From Phallusia mammillata (Eukaryota): a DNA stretch of 64,000 nucleotides. This document shows, one piece after another, positions 60,201-64,000 of the stretch. The notes beneath the pieces are model-generated. The model was not told the origin of the DNA. It saw nothing but the letters and a program-made list of their open reading frames with translations, and ran no database searches. Every line of letters starts with the position of its first letter. The first letter of the stretch is position 1. A program made the translations under genes and the position numbers. Where the stretch lies: NCBI GenBank assembly GCA_965637545.1, contig OZ281500.1, positions 744,001 to 808,000 on the forward strand, read 5' to 3'.

Positions 60201-61738
60201 ATCCGCAGTGGTTTGCAATAAGATATATACATACTGATTTAAGTGTGTGGTGAATTTGTCAGCTAAGTAATGTCAATATATGTGACTGGAATCGTATGTT
60301 GAGCACATCGTGGATCACGATGATTCCTGTATTAGTTAATTTGCAAAGTGACACCTTTTAGGATTATTAGTTTTCAACATAGCCTTTGCTTTGTATAATC
60401 GATTTTCCCGCTGGTTTTTGTCATATAGTTTTTGCGCTCGCAACGATTCAACTTTATTCGGTCTGTAGAAGCTTTATCGTTCTAGTGGACGAAACGTCAG
60501 AAAACTACAAGTTCTTTAAAACAACGAGTAGTCTGTCATAGCACCATACCGGTTAAACGAAGACTTCGTAAAATTAGTTTACTCGCCATGAAAAAGCGTC
60601 AATACCACGTTCCTTACGCCCAAGCCAGATGTATTTGTACTTGTGGGTTACTCTGAACACAGAAACACGTGTTTTTCACAATAGTTCGGTCACATTCACA
60701 TATTTGTTGAACTGCTTTCAAAGTTAGAGGGAGTGTTATATACACAAGTGTGGTTGGATGTTTAAACCGAACCCGTTCAAGTCTGTGGCGTAATAATCAG
60801 GTACCAGGAGACGAAGTGACAATGTGAGTTTTGTGAAAGCTGGCCTTTTTCAACTCAATGAGCCCTAATATTTTCCCTTTGGGTTTTTTCTGGCAGTTGT
60901 CAAAAGTTTGTCGATCTTTTTTTACTTATAATCTTTTCTTACTTAAACATATTTACTATTTAAATCAAAAAGCTGCCATTGAGCTAGACACATGTGAATA
61001 AATTGTAAAGATAACAAAAGTAGATGCTGAAACGGCTGCAATAGAATGCAAATAGACTGGGAACAATCTATCTTTTAGCTCTGTTTTTGATCACTTCACT
61101 TATCCAATAAATGTTTGAATGTTTGTTAATTCGTAAGTGTAATGAGTTTGCTGACGAACTCTCAGGTAAGTGTGCGTTTACAGCCACAACAAGGCTAGTC
61201 GAAATGTAAAAAGCATTAAATGTTTGAAGGAAGTATGCGCCAAATATTTGTTCAACTTCAATTGGTTTGTTGAAACATCTCGACTTATTCATTGTAGTTT
61301 GCCGCCACGCAATGCACCCTGACGATGTTACACTTATGTAAAATATTAGAAAATTAATTTAGAACCTACACCGAAGAAGTCATCATGATAAGTTATAGAG
61401 TCGCCATTGCGTAGAAATGAGTTATATTTTTAGTATATTGTGCAGTTTTAGCTGGGTTTATTTGCCTGCTACACACTTCAAAAGTACTTATGAAGCTTCA
61501 AGAGCTTTCAAATGCCATTTAATTCAAAACCTGAAACCGCCCGACTCTTTGGGAGCGTTGTAAAAGCCTGGGCTTTCGCACCAACCAAGGTACACTGTTT
61601 GGTAATCCAATTCACCCACCTGTCCACATGCAACCGTCTGCAGCAAAGACTTGATCAACTTCACTATCGGTGCGGCTGAGCTTGTGACAGGAGAGGTGGC
61701 TTGAATGACTGCTGTAAACTTGCGAGGCGGTTCTGTAC
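54282..61738 (-). CDS. EXT1: Exostosin-1 heparan sulfate polymerase, 3' part (GT64 domain); 5' exons not found, probably beyond the window
   Basis: Exons 61738-61620, 60091-59891, 57758-57598, 57319-57189, 55164-55041, 54399-54282 in frame. Matches EXT1 motifs [93 protein letters not shown]. Confidence 0.93.
54798..54870 (-). pseudogene. Decayed tRNA-Lys(CTT)-like sequence or SINE head in the last EXT1 intron
   Basis: Minus strand AGCTCAGTTTGGTAAAGC (D-arm/A-box), CCCTTAAT (Lys-type loop), GGTTCGAATACC (B-box); anticodon and acceptor stems do not pair. Confidence 0.55.
56031..56190 (-). mobile_element. Family 1 hammerhead element with one full arm
   Basis: Minus strand tacc-CTGATGA-a-GGCGaCCTgtatAGGaCGTC-GAAA-CGTT/ggta (56074-56031); 56138-56190 matches the arm at 21995-22048; the spacer resembles 21901-21944. 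Confidence 0.72.
57430..57525 (+). repeat. Single copy of the ~110-bp repeat family in an EXT1 intron
   Basis: gagtacacggagggccactttgagcaacactagatgtgcacgctgtggtcacacaac matches the 8569-8836 unit. Confidence 0.75.
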
Positions 61739-64000
61739 CTATACACACAAATAGGAAAAGTTGGAAGTTAGTCTGTGATATATTGACACATGAGACACAA
61801 GTGTGTACAATTAAAGTTGGATTATAGTTCCACAACACGGTACATAAGAAAACTAACTTGCATGTTTATTGACAAAGGTACATAATTAACAAAGTTATCA
61901 TTCAGCAGGTGTGGTGTCGGTGTGTTTTGCACCTCAGAAGTTGTGAGACAAAAACATCATATCGTTGCACATAAGTAAAAATAGAAAAACTTCCATCGCA
62001 TGCAAATAGGAATTCTGGGTGATTTAAATTTATGACCATTGACTCTCTTGTTGTCATGAATACTAAGTCTGTGCACGTAAACGTTACGGGCATGTGTAGT
62101 TTGTTAACTGTTAAAGATTACTTTCCATCAACCCGAAAACCGCGTTAAGATGATTCATACAGTTGGCAATGTCTCAAGACCGAAGCCTCATAACTCGGTA
62201 AGTGTGTTGTGGTGAAGAGGGAAGGCAGTTTCGCAGAAAGATTGGATTGCAGATTGGCAAGTGGAGAGAGATGAATGACTTTGAGGTCGGTACTGACAGA
62301 GGACAGATGAAATAGGGCTAATAAGATTAGTGCACGACGTCTGTTGAAAGGCATTTCCCTTCAAGTCAGTTTGTGTTGTTTCTGTGCACGGGTAAAGCAG
62401 GCCACGTTCATTTTCACGAGTAATGTGATCTCAGGGCGCGGAGTTGTTGTTGAACGCTAGGGAGAGATTTCTACTGTACATGGCACAAAAATCTGAACCT
62501 TAATTTGTTTGGACAACGTTAAGCTTCTTGATATGCAGAGATGGGCTTGACCAAGATTTAACGTATTTGTTGATCTAACTGCACGACGCATAGTTGAATA
62601 TTTTCTGTGTCACTGCAGAAGAAATTAGAACATTGAAAGGGTTTCTGCAGCCACTGTATTAACGTTTCCTGATATTTTTTCGAAACACACACAAACTAGA
62701 GGTATGCCGTATTACTTTCTTTACGGTTAATACAAGTGACATGTCCACTGCAAGTGCCCTCAGTTTTACATTCACGCGAAAATCAACCATCAACATAAAT
62801 TTTGTCATGATAATTTGTACCATATTAGTTACAACCATTGTTGTTGAATTAGATTTCATCAGATTTTTAGGAACAGAAAAAAAAACGAGACAAAAGCTGT
62901 AGTTTGAGAACAGACCAGCAAGTTCGGACATGACCAACAAAACAAATAATCGCAAAAAGACCTTTGCCCTCAACAGCACAGTTGGTAGCCTTGAAGGAAC
63001 CGGTCGTACGGTTGACGAACTAATGGCGGTAGCTGGTAAAGTTTTACAGCAACATAGGTCAGCAGTTATTTACCACACTATTGTGTATGGCTGCTTTATT
63101 TTGTGGGGCAAAAATATTAAAAAGTCACCGTGGAAGAAGGTAGTTTGCTGAATTAAAAGACTTATGGGGACCAGAGTTTGAGACAAAACATGGTTGCCAA
63201 GATGAAAGTTTAACGTTCAACCTCCAGTAAAACTTGCGACTTTGAGCAAACTCGCGCCCAAACACTATAGACATGCAAAAGCATCGGGAATATTCCGGTT
63301 GCCCAGCGACACGGTGCCTAGCAACATGACACGCATTCCACGGATGTTTCATCACGAGGAGGACCAGATACAATGAGCTGTTATCACAAGGACAAGCTTG
63401 TATTCGCACGCCGATAGGGAATACCTCCACGTACGAGGTGCTTTACCACAACACAATGGTGCATCACAAGCCTGAGTGTGTTTATCAGAAGTTTTGTTTA
63501 ATCCAAGTTTGAATATCTGTCCAGTTTTGTGCAGGTTTTGGTAGCACGTCTTAACGTTAAAGCCGATTTCACCCATCTCACAGCATGTTATGCGAGGTTT
63601 AGCGACATGGTTGGCAAACACAGTCTACAAGCTTTGTGGCAAACCCGACAGATGTCAAGGTCCATGCCGTCACACACCGCAAGCTCGCAAACATCGGTAA
63701 TTTGCCACAAATCCAACACAGCGCTTCCGGGCGTTCGTCGCCACAACCGAAAAATCCGGATATTTTTCAATATTTTACAACAGATAAAATCCGAGGACAT
63801 TTTAACTGTTAATAGAAATCAATCACGTACATAGCTTGGTGCAAATAAATAAAATTCAAACGATTATTCGGAAAATTTAGTCTTATGATTAGCACCGAAA
63901 ACAGAGGTTTGACACTCAATAGTTTGCTTAAAATTTGGCTTTGATCACTATTGGTCTTTTATTCTTCGAATACTAATAGTTTGGGACAAACATGCTAATT

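Noticed and set aside
60178-60205. ggaCTGATGAcgcGAAAtggatatcc hammerhead-like core
   Set aside because: Only 3 nt separate the core halves, so stem II cannot form; similar partial hits near 60450-60500 and 61317 have mutated cores.
61900-64000. ORFs of 60-106 aa upstream of the last identified EXT1 exon
   Set aside because: None matches the expected preceding EXT1 exon (WNxxPG type); treated as intron.
1-64000. Prokaryotic-type systems (CRISPR arrays, operons, defence islands)
   Set aside because: The sequence is spliceosomal-intron eukaryotic DNA; the tandem repeats lack unique spacers and no cas-like ORFs exist.

Overview
Compact, intron-rich animal genomic DNA, most likely an ascidian/tunicate (inference from many 50-75 nt introns and chordate-type orthologues). 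Gene models were built by hand from splice sites and checked for reading-frame continuity. In order: the 3' end of an unidentified + gene (3-113); HSDL1 (-, 6 exons) head-to-head with a REDIC1/C12orf40-like gene (+, 12 exons); an 18-exon adhesion GPCR (-, 7408-31320) with signal peptide-PAN/Apple-GAIN/GPS-ADGRD1-like 7TM architecture, whose 12.2-kb fifth intron contains a complete CYP1-family P450 gene on the opposite strand (19974-26112) preceded by a dense cluster of AHR/XRE heptamers; an insulin/relaxin-family prepropeptide gene (+, 41762-42917) with atypical A-chain Cys spacing and two C-peptides; and the 3' part of EXT1 (-, 54282-61738), which uses a GC-AG intron. Non-coding DNA holds seven hAT-type MITEs with 8-bp TSDs, tRNA-derived SINE relics, a dispersed ~110-bp repeat, and four minimal hammerhead-ribozyme motifs, three associated with inverted repeats. 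The 32-40 kb and 43.5-54 kb intervals are CpG-rich but yielded no convincing gene.
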